In this document: piece after piece, positions 25,282 to 40,121 of the stretch
Layout of the letters: the number at the start of each line of letters is the position of its first letter
Position numbering within the stretch: the stretch's first letter is position 1
Origin: Octopus sinensis
Lineage: Eukaryota
Length of the DNA: 64,000 nucleotides
Assembly (NCBI RefSeq): GCF_006345805.1
Contig: NC_043007.1
Coordinates: forward strand, 7,130,001-7,194,000
Reading direction: 5' to 3'
Notes under the pieces: generated by a model
The model's database searches: none
Told to the model about the DNA's origin: nothing
The model's input: the letters and a program-made list of their open reading frames with translations, nothing else
Position numbers and translations under genes: made by a program

Positions 25282-25560
25282 TATAATCAAAATAAGCAAC
25301 AAGTATATCCAAGGTAGAGTAGTACAATTGTTTCATGCTACTTCATTTTATTAAGCACTGTAAGTACTTATTAAATACTGTAAGTACACTGTTTAATAAA
25401 ATGAAGTAGCATGAAATGATTGTACTACTCTACCTTGGATATACTTGTTGCTTATTTTGATTATAATCACCCCATTTGATTTATATGGATAGTACCATAC
25501 CAAATTCTGGTGCCTTTCACTTAAGTACCATATTCATCTGAATCTAAATTTTGCTGAACT
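25282..25560. mobile_element. Asymmetric fold-back cassette in (TA)n (arms ~25282-25356 and 25391-25465; long arm to 25560)
   Basis: Arms ~75 bp with few differences; spacer carries ACTGTAAGTAC twice; homologous to 42270-42447. Confidence 0.8.
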
Positions 25561-25604
<44 letters not shown>

Positions 25605-26109
25605 GTGTGTGTGTGTGTGTGTGTGTGCGTGTGCTCACATACATACATAACTAGGTATACATACTCGCTCGTACATATCACATGTAGTACACAGATATAC
25701 CCGTGTGTTCATTCAAGAGAGATATTTTATCACTGAGTGTACTCAATGACTCCGAAGGTATTCTGTGTTATGACACGGTGATCGAAGTACAAGAAATGAA
25801 CATCAATAATACCTTGAACCAAAATATAGGAAATATGAAGCGTCCATAACCGAGGCATCGAATAGTTTTGGTGAACCCGCTCGACGTCCTCGATTCTTAT
25901 CTGAAGTCATTTCAGCATGCAAAAGAGAAGTTACCGACATAATGTGTTTGTAGTTGGTAAAGCAAGCACAACCGAGTTGTACCTTGTATGTCATGCAGAA
26001 ATAGCAGTTGTCTTAAATATATTGAAAAACTTTTACCCTTTTCTACTGTAGCAATTATAATTTGCAACCGCACACAGTAGGGACTTAAATATACTAATAG
26101 TATATATAA

Positions 26110-26321
26110 TCTTCTTTTACTTATTTCAGTCATTTAACTGCGGCCATGCTGGAGCACGGCCTTTAGTCGCACAAATCGACCCCAGGACTCATTCTTTGTA
26201 AGCCTAGTACCTATTCTATCGGTCTCTTTTGCCGAACCGCTAAGTTACGGGGACGTGAACACACCAACAACGTTTGTCAAGCGATTGTGGGAGTGGGGGC
26301 ATACACACACGCGCATATATA

Positions 26322-26385
<64 letters not shown>

Positions 26386-26431
26386 TACGACGGGCTTCTT
26401 TCAGTTTCCGTCTACCAAATCCACTCACAAG
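26110..26431 (-). mobile_element. SINE family 1, head-truncated
   Basis: Tail and core colinear with other copies; ends at CCACTCACAAG. Confidence 0.88.
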
Positions 26432-26501
26432 TTAAAGTATATTACTCTGGTATTTGAGTACTATTTTTCCACCTTGTTTCACATTTATGTGCCTACTCTG
26501 G

Positions 26502-26536
<35 letters not shown>

Positions 26537-26560
26537 TATATATATATTATATATATATAT

Positions 26561-27402
26561 ATTTAATCTTTTACACATTTCAGCCGGAAGCTGAAGCCAT
26601 ACTGGTGCACCGCCTATACACCATCCAGTATAGCTTCTGGTGAAGTAGCAAATGGATGTTGCCGCTCGTTTTTGTGCCTCCTCCCGTGATGTAGGTTCAT
26701 CTGGTACTGCAGATAAAAAATTGTCTAGACGTTTTTGGAAGACTTTCATGTCCACACCTTTCAGATCCTTGATGTTCTGTGGTAGGGCATTAAAATTTGT
26801 AGTCACTTGAATCCCAAGCTGTTGCAATATTGGGTATGCATCCACGATGCAGATGGAACAATATGTATGGGAGTGCATATCTCTAGCGACTCCTCTCCAA
26901 GGAGTAGAGTCCCAGTTCCTTTAACCTCTTCCAATAGCCGATGGGTTTTACTGAGTCTATCTTCTTGGTGTACAAGCGCGAGATCGACTCTAATTCTGCA
27001 CTTAGTTTTACGTTCTGCGGTGACCACAGCTTGCACTATCAGTCTAGACGACTGAGGACAAATGTTCTCTACAGCTGTAGCTTTGTGTCTCTGTTCTTGG
27101 TCCTGAAGGATCTCAGGATCCAACCTGCCTCCCTTCTGCATAGTGTTACCATCTGAGCAATTTGCACATGGAAAGTTGCATCGTTGCCCATGTGAATTCC
27201 TAGGTGGCACACCGACTCTAAATCTGGTATTACATTGCCCGCTGCTCCCGTGTATTTCAGTTGTAGTTTGTTTGTGGGCTGATAGTAGAGTGCTTGAAAT
27301 TTTGCGGCATTGACCAGCATATTATTCTCATCTGCCCATTTTATATTGCGTTCATGTCATTCTGAAATATTAGGATGTCAGTAGGATCCTTCACAGCCTG
27401 CG
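26561..27402 (-). mobile_element. 5'-truncated CR1-group LINE 3' fragment
   Basis: WADENNMLVNAAKFQAL, V.HLGIHM.NDATF, AGWILRSFRT, LSRLD..KLWSP, RLKELGLYSLERSR, FNALPQNIKDL..VFQKRLDNFLSAVPDEP. Confidence 0.88.
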
Positions 27403-27432
27403 ATATATATACACATATACATACATATATAT

Positions 27433-27655
<223 letters not shown>

Positions 27656-28064
27656 AGATAAAGTAACAGCATGAGAGAGAGACAGAGACAGAGGGAGAGA
27701 TATATAACGATTTGCGCTTTTCCAGGTTTCCGTTGGAACCATATATCAACTTTTTTAATAACTTCCTTTCAACTTCTGTTCTGTTTTATTAGACCGTTGC
27801 TGGGCGAAATGGTGAAAAGCTATTCCGTCCGGAGGCCTAAAATGTCTTTCCACCAGAATATTGTTATTCCTATATACACTAAAGTGTGTAAAAAATGAGA
27901 AACATTCATATCTGATATATCTATATTGAATATTCTTTTTCTGGAATATGTTATATTTCGTTACTTTTTACGAACACCAAAGGACAAATGCATAAATCTT
28001 TCAAATATATGAAATATTTTGTCGAAAATATCCGTATGTATATGTGTGTGAGTGTGTGTGTATT

Positions 28065-28129
<65 letters not shown>

Positions 28130-28175
28130 ATATGTATGCACAAAGAAGCACATACATGCACCCACAAACACATGC

Positions 28176-28212
<37 letters not shown>

Positions 28213-28483
28213 GAGAGGATGCTGCAACAACTATATTGCTTTAAGTGTCAAATATATTTGGAATTTATTCCTGAAGACATCATGTAGAAAACGGTCCATA
28301 ATACATGATTGTTCCACTTGGGGCCTCAGGGCAGATTATATTGAGCTATAAAATACGAAAGTTTCATTCTTGTAGACAGGCCTGTATATATATATATATA
28401 TACATAAAAATATGTTTAATTTTTCTTATTCTTATTCACTTTCCACTGTTATATGTACGTGGGTGTGTGGTTGTGTATGTATG

Positions 28484-28535
<52 letters not shown>

Positions 28536-28630
28536 TACATACATATGTATTTATAGATATTTATATTTATACATATATGTACATAAACATATACATGCAT
28601 ATATATTCATATATATGCTCATATAGTTAT

Positions 28631-28662
<32 letters not shown>

Positions 28663-28664
28663 GC

Positions 28665-28706
<42 letters not shown>

Positions 28707-29059
28707 TATATATATACATCTTTGTAAGCCTAAAGATTTAACGAACTTTCTTCTTTTTCTTCTGTCAACCTTCGTTCCCCTGTCAATATTCCTCAGATAA
28801 AGTTCAAATCATTCTGGCGACGTTTGGTACATGGAACGAGATAAATGCAAATTTACCTCAAAAATAACAAACTGGAACAGTTGTAAATGTTATTTTTAAC
28901 TATAATAAATATATGACCATTCAATACCAATGATCAACTTCTAATTGTCGATGATTGCTCTATTTCTCCTCAGATAAGTGTGTGTGTGTATACATACTCA
29001 CACACACACATGTATGTATATAAATAACCCCAACCCTACTCCTGGAAGTGTCTCCGTAA

Positions 29060-29380
29060 AGAATAATTCTTTACTCGTGTGGTCCATGTTGTCCGATTCC
29101 TGATTTGAATGACTTCACCAGGTGCTTCTATTAGGTTAGACATGGCTTAATACTGTAATGTAAGCTAAATTGTAATCTAATGGAGGCCTCAAGGGACATT
29201 TTCAGAACAACAAAGATTCGAACATAACTGCAGCTCTTAGTGGTCCAAATCGGATGTGCAATCTATGTGGGTGACTTGTTAAAACATTGGTGTAAAAAGC
29301 TACATTATATGCCATGATGGTTCTAAGGTGTCGGTACAGGAGGTGGTCAATCTCTGCATAAGGAGCAGACAACCACCACA
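29060..29380 (-). mobile_element. Decayed Gypsy-type integrase relic
   Basis: AEIDHL / LEPS.. / RFGPL...MFESLLF resemble RFDHIHIDLVGPLPPS ... RFG.P..ITTD.G.QFES.LF, with frameshifts. Confidence 0.45.
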
Positions 29381-29400
29381 TATATAGATACATACATAGA

Positions 29401-29511
<111 letters not shown>

Positions 29512-29517
29512 TATATA

Positions 29518-29618
<101 letters not shown>

Positions 29619-30500
29619 GTTTTCATATATATATAAATACATATATCTATAAATATATGCATAAATATATACAAATATACACCCACATACATATATATAT
29701 ATAAGTACATTTTATATTTCCGTCTACAGAGAAAAGGTTAAATGTTCTACTTTGATTTAAAATAAAATTTTCAGAACGGATGTGTTTTAGTCAAGAGTTG
29801 ATATAATTTATTTTGCACTTTTAAGTATTATATCGATTGTTGTTGGTTGTTGGGTTGGGAATCTTTTCTTTTTTAATATATCGCTAGGCCACATTCAGTT
29901 TACTACCATTTAACAATGCTGTATTTCATAAATCAAAAGAAACATTATACTGCTATACCTATTATCTTTTCAAATAAAATTATTCTGATGAAAATTTCAT
30001 AAGAGGTGGAGTTCTACTTGTACATTCGCCAATATATTTTTTATTTAATATCTTATTTTTCAAACGTTTATTCCAATTTTTGCTTTAAGAACAATCAAAT
30101 TGTTTTGAAACTAATAATTACAGGTACACATAAAAGAAATATTATAGGTGTTTCTCAAATCCCTAATCAAGTGAAAGAATTGAAATTCAGTTACGAAAGA
30201 TATATCAGCCTCGTGATTTCCTCCCTGAATCTCATTTGGAATGACATGCTTAACACTTCAGTAGGTTATGTCTCCACCTTTCCTTTTAGTTATGGCAAAA
30301 GCCCATGGTCACCTTTTATGGAACAGATATAGAATTTGTAAGATATTGTAAAGCTTAAAGGAGTTTCATCTGCTAATTCTGTGATTGGAGGGTAAACGTT
30401 TATGGATATCTGCGTATTAATTCTAGCGGCAAGAATCACGTTCGCTGTTTTTTCTTGTTTGTTGAATAGCATCCATGTCATAAGGTTATATATATTTATA

Positions 30501-30700
30501 GGGGAAGAATTCACAGAAAAGAAACAAAAGACGAAGACAGGTGGTGTAGACAACAAACAGATGTATTAGTATAAAGCTCGGGAAGTGTAAAAGTCTTTAA
30601 CGTTTCGAGCCTACGCTTTCCCACGGAAAGGATCAGGGGAAGAAACAAGAAGAGAAAGTAAAGAATGTGTAGTGGCTAGCGATCTATCATGGCGAGGGAT
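30501..30700 (-). mobile_element. PLE-pLTR-like repeat, family P3, copy 1
   Basis: AAAAGACGAAG.CAGG.GG...TGTATTAGTAT...ACGTTTCGAGCCTACGCT shared with 45020 and 49088; TA-flanked. Confidence 0.7.
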
Positions 30701-31149
30701 TATATATATATATATATATATAGTAGAACAAGTAGAAAAATATGTTTTTTTTTTCAACACGCAAATACTGAACAGTATATACAAAGGATAAAATCCTTTT
30801 TAAGACCAGAAAAATTTACCTCTTTGAATAAATTTGAAGTATATTGTAAACCGAGTTTATTATTGCGTGAATAAATGATTAACTAGAAACTAAATTTTAA
30901 AACTTACTTTAATATGCAAATGTGTGTCATTAAAAATGAATGATATATCACAGCTACATTCAATCACCAGATATAAAACTGCGACATGGGTATATATATA
31001 TTTTTGGGGCATGATCATTTCTTATTAATATGAATATTCTTTTGTTCTGTCACACAATGTCTTGTAATAATCTCGTTACATTCATGGCAACAATATAGTA
31101 TTGATTGTGTTAGTATTTTCGTTAATTTACCCCTAGTAATACCAAATCC

Positions 31150-31320
31150 AGGAGTCGTACGCTTCAAGTTTTTTCACCTATCGAAATACTTTAAAAAACA
31201 TTTCATTTAATTTTTCCACAATTTAATTGTTTTCATGCTTTACTCTAAATGTCACAAAGTCTGAAACCGGTACTAAAATGTTCCACATAATAAAATTATT
31301 TAAGTGTTTTCTACTTTCTT
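31150..31320 (+). mobile_element. Fragment related to the 3' end of the 40.7-kb Penelope element
   Basis: CTGAAACCGGTACT.AAATGTTC...TAAAATTATTT shared with the reverse complement of 40740-40780. Confidence 0.55.
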
Positions 31321-32649
31321 ATAGTCTTATATATATATATATCACATCATATAACAACATATATACTGTAATATTTATTATATAGATATGCATATACTTT
31401 TTTCAGAAAACCATCTTGTGAACATCATCAAAGAAATCAAAGAACGAAAAGGACCATAAAAATAAATGGTAAGATATTTCTTAGCTTGCAATTATTTATA
31501 CTTGGTGAAATACATCTACGCTGCTGCTTCAGTTATTCTTGCTTATGTCAGGTCTGTATATTAATAACCGGCATCAACTGAGAAGCGTTTAAGGGACGAA
31601 GACAATAAGGATTTAGAAACTAAAAATAACTCAAAATACACAACAGTTTATGCGAGCATCATGCGCTGAGTAACCAATGGTTTCATGGGAATAGGAAATG
31701 ACGATAAAATGATGATTTCTGTACTGTGAAAATACCTTATTATATAAAGGAACTATGCTCTACAAAAAGAGCACAAGTCTAGTTACATGGAGTAGACGAA
31801 GTAGGGGCAGCTGAAGAAGGGGAATATTCCTTGCGTTGTATGTCTTGTAATATGTTTTTTCGTTGTTTGGAAAAAGTCCCTTTCCATGGTTTTGTATTTA
31901 TGTTTTCGTTTCTCATTGTGTTCGACGTTTTTTTTTTTTGGTGTCCTGTACCTATATATGCATGTATATATACATACAGATGTAGGTATGTACATATATG
32001 TATCTATATATGCATATGTTTTATTTATTATTTTATTACATGATCGAACGCCACGCATTCATTTCCAAGTTTATATATATATAACTAGTGTGTGTGTAGC
32101 CATACACGATGTATACACACACATCTATTTATATATATGTGTGTGTGTGTTCGTTCATAGGTAAGCAATTATGTCATTGATTAAATACTCAGACAAAACA
32201 TATCAAAGAGATCAGAAATAAATCCAAAGGCATTTTTATAGCTAGACACAGATTAAACTAAAATTTGTAGCAGATGTTATAAATCTAGATTAATATCGAA
32301 ACATCTCAGGTGAAGGCCTCATTGGAGGCAATGAGGGGGGCTTTGCTTGAGTGGTAGGCCTATTAGAGGCAGCCACTAAAATATCCCCAAAGCGTACGTT
32401 AGTCGCAACTGATAATGATTGTCTCCACGTGAGCTCTGAGAAATAAGCAAATAAATCATACCGAGAAAACGGTCAGAAAACCTTTAATTGGAAGTGGAAC
32501 CACAAAAATGTTTAGAAGAGGATATTGTGGAATGAATGTATTGCACTAGTTAAAACATACTAACATTTTAGAGAGAGGGCGACACCATACGAAGCGTATG
32601 GTTACGTCCAGGTATATACTGATGCTTTCATTTTGAGGTATTTTAGGAA

Positions 32650-33384
32650 ATTCCTTGAGGAATGTGGTTTTTTTTTTGTCAACTGCGTCTGTCTCCAATC
32701 CTTGTACTTAACAGAACCGCAACCGCGGTTTCACTGTTGATCAAGATTTTGTCCTCTAGTATTTGGAGCGCTGTCAAATCTTTATGGTCTTCTAACAATC
32801 AAACAGTGCGATGTCTGAGACAGACCATTGATCATTTGCAGCCAAAATAAATCCTTCCGTTTCTGTTATATATCGAGAGCCTATCAATCATTGTTTGCTA
32901 TCTCACGCTGACTTTTTACTTCCTCTCTGTCGAATCTAGCGTTATATATGGACACGATAAAGCTTCGGTTTCGATTCTTTCATTAGTATTTTTGGATTTC
33001 CGCTTTGATTTCATCTTTCGTTTGTCCTGTTTGTATTTATAAATATTCTGTTATTCTTTTTTCTAAAGAATGGTCTTCTTTCTTATCATTTCGCTGCAAC
33101 TGTTTAATAAATTGTTTCCTTATATTCCTGGAGTCCTTCACTTTATCATTCGTCAATGAACGGCGGTTTTGCTGTGGTGCTGCCTTCAAACATTTAGTAG
33201 AACATATCAATTCTGTATTTATTTAAGCCTATTTGGAAATTCTACTGACCTGCATTTATTGAACTGGGGAGTTACCAATTTATGTATGTCCATATGCATA
33301 AACATAGACAGACACATGCACCACATATGCCACACATACATATATGAATAGGCATATTTATAAACACACACACACATACATACT

Positions 33385-33443
<59 letters not shown>

Positions 33444-33499
33444 TATATATAAACCTGTGAGCAGATTTGTTTACATATGTACATGTGCATACGTACATA

Positions 33500-33555
<56 letters not shown>

Positions 33556-35340
33556 ACTTAGCACGCGAGTTTATTTATATGCTTTCAGTCATACTGTAAT
33601 ATCTCTTATCCTTCACCCGCCCTGAGAAAGATCGGTGAAAGTGTGAAGGTAGAACACTTATAAACGTCAGCATTGCTTGGAACTGCAAGAATTCTTCGCG
33701 CCAAAATTCCTAAGGAGATATAGCTGTTCAATAGCGATTCCAGAATACTGCATATTGCGTGGATTTAAGAGTTTTTCTGGTTTTCTCGTCCATCAATTGT
33801 GATATCTTAGAGAGTCCAATTAATTACGTTAAAGCTTCATTGAACAACTGGTATCGCTAAACCATTTGATGCTTTAAATCGGTTTTGTGAGTTAGACTCC
33901 GTTTTAAGGAAAGTTCTTACTCTGTTCTTACCGTTTTTATCTTTATCTTTTCTTTCATTTTGGAACGTCAGGTCAATCCAAGGGAAAGGCACACTATTGA
34001 AGTCGTTGCTGTTAGCTATCCATGCAGTGCTTAGTTTTTCGCCTCCCATCATAAGTTTTCAATTATCATTTTCTTGAATTTTGCAGGCATTTGAACCTCT
34101 TTTATAGCTCTTCTTTTCAAGAGATAATATATTCTTGTTTTTCAGATATGTATATGCCTATGTTGCTATGAGAGATGTAAGCAATTTTTATGAAGTGGAT
34201 AGACAAATGATAAGCATCCAGTTTTGGGGGACATAGATCTCGTCAGATTTCAGAAGGAAAGTTATGCTGTTCGTTAACCATAATTCCAGCTTTTTTTTTT
34301 TTTTTTGTTCTTTCTATCTGTTCCGCTGTCATTTTGTGTTATTTTAAACTGCTCCATATTTTCCACAAAAAATTTACGAAGTTCAGTATTCGAGGGAGAA
34401 TTTTGAACCGCTATCCTTGTTTTTCTTATCTCCCCCCCCAAAAAGTTCTTTGCACCAATCTGAAATATTTTATGTTGCCTGAAGAAATATGTACGTTTTT
34501 CAAATCTTCATCTTTGTTCTTTTAATGAAATTTCTGACTCGCGTGTCTCCCTAGCTCTAAGTATTTCACCATTATTTTGAAATTCCGTATATCTGTTTCG
34601 TTTTTAAATGCTTTTGGGAATTAATATTAACAGTGCATGCTAATTCATCCAAGATCGAGAGTTCTCCTCTGAGGGCATCTGTTTCTTTTCGGATCTTAGA
34701 CTTCCACGCTAATACCTTCGGCTTGATTCCTAATACACTCTACGCTGCAAAGGCTGTCGCATAGATCGCCTGTGTATATTTCTTACGTCATTATTGATTT
34801 CATTTAGAAGTAACTAAAGTGAACCGTCATATATTTTGATAAGATTCTTTTTTATTTTTATGCGAATTTTAGATTTTCGGAAGATTTTCCCTGTTTTTTA
34901 TTTGGTTTTACGTAGCTCGCTAATATTTTCACTTTTGTAGTGTTTATTTCCAAATCGATTTTCTTCCTATAGATTTATATATTTAGGTCTCGAGTTTCTA
35001 TTGCACTCAATATCGTGTTGTTATCATCAGCTGTGTTTTCTCGTTGATGATTCTCTACGAAGAGGATGACATTTCTGTATTGACTTACTTCTGAACCCAC
35101 ACAGCAAAGTTTGATGAATAAGAAAGAAAACACTATGGATTCTATTAAGTTTCTTAGCTTGCTAGAAATTGTAACCGATCGTTCCATGGAACGAAGACAT
35201 TCGGCTTTAAAACAAAAATAAGCTTCACTGAAGAATGTGGTATTAAATAGTCTAAACCGGTAAAATATAAAACGACATTGTCATGAATTGAAAGCCTTTT
35301 ATCGTAATTCGCTCCAATGATGCTGTCGAGTTTCAATTCA
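32650..35340 (-). mobile_element. Decayed Dong/R4-like LINE relic, internally deleted and interrupted
   Basis: WKSKIRKETDALRGELSIL, FEKRTYFFRQHKIF, RGSNACK, KLSTAWI..SNDFNSVPFPWI (AWIDY.KAFDSVPHSWI-like), MDEKTRKTL, TETEGFILAANDQ. Confidence 0.75.
33605..33705 (+). mobile_element. 3' end fragment of a Dong/R4-like LINE ORF in opposite orientation
   Basis: KIGESVKVEHL*TSALLGTARILR matches the typical C-terminal ALLGTARILR motif. Confidence 0.7.
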
Positions 35341-36939
35341 AACATTAATAATTTATGTTGTTCAAACTAAACATCAAATATATCTTAGCTTTTACTTTCT
35401 CTTTGTCATTCATTGTATTTCTCTCTCATTCTAAATACGCGTGCGCGCATGTGTATATCTGTGTGTGTGTGTATTGTATTTCTTTCTCTGACTTCTGATT
35501 CGTACTCAATATATCTCTTTCTATTGAAATCTATCTTTCATTAACTCGTATCTTTAATAAATCTTGCTATCATGCCACGTAGGTTCTTTTATCTTGACTT
35601 TGATTTTGTAAAAAGATATTATGGTAAAATAATACAAGTGAAGCTGGCAAGATTGTAACAGTTTGATTAAGATACGAAAGTTTAGTTAAATAGAGAAAGA
35701 GAGAAAGTGTGTGTGTGTGTGTGTGTGTGATAGAGAAAAAGAAAATGTGTGAGAGAGAGAGAGAGAGAGAGCGTCAGTCATTCAGGCATCGATATAGTGA
35801 CAACAATTACTACATACAATAACTTTTTGCATCAGCTTTTTTACAAGTATGTATATGTAGGAAAGGATAATTAACAGAAAACAAGTTAATTATCTTCGAA
35901 TTTTTTTGATCGATATAATCTGCTGCTAATTTTCAGTTATCTTGCTTCTGCTCCTCTCCAGAAGCGTTAACTATATGAGCGAAACATCACTCATCGTATG
36001 TCACTGATATCTTCAGCTTTCCTGTCTCGCAGGAAATATTGAACTCACTGCGTGACTGTGAGAAGCACATTTACTGTCTTAAATATTCGGTCGTTTGAAT
36101 TGAGAGAACATACTATGTCATTGGTGTCGTTAATATTCCTCCTGGACCATTTTAAATGAGCTTTTGAAAGGAGTACTTGAGCAGAAATGGAATTCTGGAG
36201 AGCCGACATTCTGAGAAGGAGAGGCTAGAGGTTTGTTGCGATGTCTGGAGGGGACAAAGGCAAAATCATGATGAAGGAGGGCGAAAATTCCCAATAAATG
36301 AACTCAGCTGGAACAGCGATTATTATAGTTGTGACAGAAAAAGAAGATCGAGAAATTCTCGCATCTGAGAGTATGAGGTTAATTAGAAACCCCGATTTAT
36401 CGTTAGTCTGTCATTCTGTTAGGAACCCTTTTGTAAATCAAATCATTATATACAGAAATATAACCCCATTAGTTCCAGATGGAAGACCGTATTTGTTTAT
36501 CAATATCGATGTAAAGTTAGATAAGAAAAGAAGCGATATATGTTTGTTAAGTTGTCATACGCTACGTTTGTATTCGAACAAATTAAGAACAAAGAATTTA
36601 CGAGAAGAATTTGAAAAAGTAGACGGAAAGGAAAACTAATTTATCGTTCATAGAATTTCAGAAAAATATGCATTAGAGTATTTAAAAGTTAAATTTTTAA
36701 CATATAACTTCTACAATAAACTGGTAAATAATTTAAATTATAAAATTTCAAAATAATGAACATAGAAAAATCGTATTTTTATAACATGTCACAGAATTTT
36801 AATACGTGTCTGACAAATTTTAAAAAGGTGTGAATATAACAATACAGTTGATAATAAATCAAAATTAATATTGCGTTTTCTGTCATCTTTGTCAATAATT
36901 AAACACATTTAATGATTATCGGTATTGTTCCTGTTGTCA

Positions 36940-36942
36940 TTA

Positions 36943-37017
<75 letters not shown>

Positions 37018-37046
37018 CATCATTATTATTATTATTATTATTATTA
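36940..37046. repeat. (ATT)n microsatellite
   Basis: Direct reading. Confidence 0.95.
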
Positions 37047-39648
37047 AAGTTATTGAATTTATTAATTTTTTTAATATATATTTCAATTTTAATTTTCGAC
37101 TATCAATGTCAAATATTTCGTTACACTTCTGTGAACTTCTCACTAAATTCCTGTCGCTTTTGTCATGCTTTCAAGCAGGCGACCAGGTGTCATATAGTGA
37201 TTTTATTAAATTCTTGTTTATTCATTTGTTGAACTTTTATTCATACAACTTTTATCTTTATTATATATCCAGAAGTTTCCAGAATTACTTACATATGATA
37301 ATACTTATATACACACACACACATATACATACATGCAAAGAGTTCAGAAGTGGCCTGAAATCTTTGCATGAACACCCTCCCTGTAGATAACTCCATGTCC
37401 CCCTACATGGCCTTGCTTGTTGCTTATTAAGCCAAAAAATTAACTTAACTTATATATATATATATGCATATGATGTTTTTCTTACGTCATGTGTAGCTTT
37501 TAAGATTCATAATCCATGCTAATCCACATGCTTCTGCACCACAAATAGTCCTATAATCTGTTGCGCACTTGAGGTAACAATACTGGTTATCTATTAGCAG
37601 CTGTCATATTCTATTTAATCCAATTAGTGGATGTTTTAAACTACTTAACGTACAACTATAATTAGTGTTATCGCTGTTACTAGCGTTAGGATTGTGAATG
37701 GACGTAAGAACTTGTAAGATTTAATTACGTCTTTTTCCATATAAATTGTATTGACATTGGCCCAAACCTCCCGTAATAACAGTGTATTTCAACATAAATG
37801 TGGTAGCAAAACGTTTAAACACTATGTTTAGCACGGACATAATCACATAAATGTTTTAAAATATTCTACAATCCATTTTGTTTCCTTATCTTGATGCAAA
37901 AATGAATAATTCTACTAAATAGTGTCTATGCAAATATCATTAGATGTGATAAACAATAAATTAGTAATTTATAAGGATAAAAATCTGATGAAGAAAAGAC
38001 TTCAAAAGATTCGTTGATTAATCTAACTAATGGAGTGTGAAAGATGTGAAATATATATCTAAGATTATTAACCATTAATGAACGTTATCAGGATAAAATT
38101 AGTTGAAGAGCAGGATGGGAAAGATGCTTATGTATTTAGATTAATCATTTGCATAAATGTTACCCACCTTTCAGTATTTGATTTCACTCTCAATACAATA
38201 AATGGAACACATTAAGGCTTTATGACTTTTTCTGGCAGTATTATAGTGTTTACAGAATCAATTCCTAATTAAAACTGAAATATATCGCCAATGTGATTTA
38301 ATTGGAAACTTAGCACTGCATCAGGAAGGAAAGCAATACGACAAGAACGTCGCCATAATATATTTCAATTATTGGCTTATTGTGTATCAGATTTCACGTA
38401 TTTATACCACATGAAAGTACGGTGCAATAGATTTTGTGTGAGAGAAAATCGCTTCAAAGATGTATTGTTTTAAAACACAATATATGTCGCATTGATGCGG
38501 ACATTGTTTCAGTAGTAACTCGCATGGGCGTCAGACACGTTTCGGAGCACTTAGGCTTTGTCAATTGCATCTACCTACATCTCACCTGCCTGAACGAAAT
38601 GTTTGCCTTCCAATATATAACAAACAGAGAAGAAAATATTAATGAATATTGCGGAAGGTTTACTATTCTGTAACAAACAAAATGAAGGGAATTGAAACGG
38701 CATTAAATTAAAAGCCATCTGTGAATCATGTTTCAATTAAATGCATCGATGCGAAGCAGGATGTTGTGAGTTTATTTGCGACAAAATTTGTTTAAAGACA
38801 TTTTATATTAAATGTATAATTATCAGAACGAGGCGAATATTATCAGGTTTTCTATGATACAACATCCACTGCATCGTACATTTAACGTCAATGTTGCTTT
38901 AATTGCGTACAATGAGTTTATTACAATCCCGGAAGCTTTCCGCAATATCAATGAATGTCTTATTTACTGCTTGATATAATTTGGAGGGAGCAAACGTCGT
39001 ATAGGTTCATGTCAAGCAAAAATGCATTATTATCAATGTCCAAGACGTTCCGAAATGTGTTTAACAGTTTCGTGAGTCACGATTAGATCGATATTAGCCT
39101 CCATGAAATATATATCTTGTGCCATATTTTTTCTTAAAAAAATTTCTCTCGGACAACACTTATCTTTCAATGATGTATAAAAAATTAAGCATTAAAAAAG
39201 GATCACCTCATTAATTTAATGTTGTTTCAAATGTGTAGACCCAAAATACTTGTTCAATATTTTTTATATGTCGTATTGAGCGTATGCTTCAAGCATACTA
39301 TTTATTTCAAATATTATTAAATTCCAACGAAAGTGAACCGAAGACGTAGGAGATTTAATCAAGACGGGTACTATTTGATATCAGGTTTAATTTATGGACA
39401 TCGGATAATCCAAAAGGCAAATTTCCCTTGTTTCAGATTTGAACCACTCATTCGAATGCGTTTCATTTGTATTAAACATTGTTCATAGCTGTATGAAGCG
39501 CAGATCGAAAGAGAAAAATACTTCCTTCAAATATTCGAAGAACATCTACAATATACAATCTCACTCTCATATCTATTTCTAGTTCTCTCATTCCCTGCAT
39601 ATATATATATATATATATAATATATCTTAGCTGCTTTCCTAGAAAGAA

Positions 39649-39882
39649 TCACTGACAATAGTCATTGTTGATGCAATGTGAGTCACTTGTTTGACTCTTG
39701 AACGCGGCCAAAGATATGCACATTGAATTACATAATGTACAGCTGTGCTGGTTGTCAGAAGGAACAGGTTCCACAGTAAGAACTCTTTTGACATGCCTTT
39801 CCAATCTTCCGACTGCGAGGCACACCTTTCCACATGTTGTACATGTACTGTTGTGAACAAAAGCTACATCACAATTTACCAT
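39649..39882 (-). mobile_element. Probable RTE-like LINE C-terminal zinc-finger relic
   Basis: CTTCGKVCLAVGRLERH and CTLCNSMCISLAAFKS; no TGEKP linker. Confidence 0.45.
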
Positions 39883-40059
39883 GGTTTGATTCCTGTCAGT
39901 TATCTAATGGCTGACCAAGCCTGCACGGCTCAAGCACCTCCTCCCAAAAACAACACACACAAAACTCAACATTCCCTCATTCTCCAAACGCTGATTCATA
40001 TATACGGACAGGTACATGCATATATACACGCACATACACAAACACACACACACAATGTG

Positions 40060-40121
<62 letters not shown>

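Noticed and set aside
28265-28305. CTGAAGA...GAAAACGGTC between TA tracts
   Set aside because: Stems I and II pair too poorly; at best a very decayed relic
29202-29393. Minus-strand ORF with a good acceptor (TTATGCAG|)
   Set aside because: Better explained as a Gypsy integrase remnant
38530-38590. GCTCC-GAAAC-GT-GTC on the minus strand
   Set aside because: Core has two or more mismatches and stem I does not pair
39649-39882. Host C2H2 zinc-finger gene
   Set aside because: Only two degenerate fingers, no TGEKP linkers, no splice context; a LINE tail is more likely
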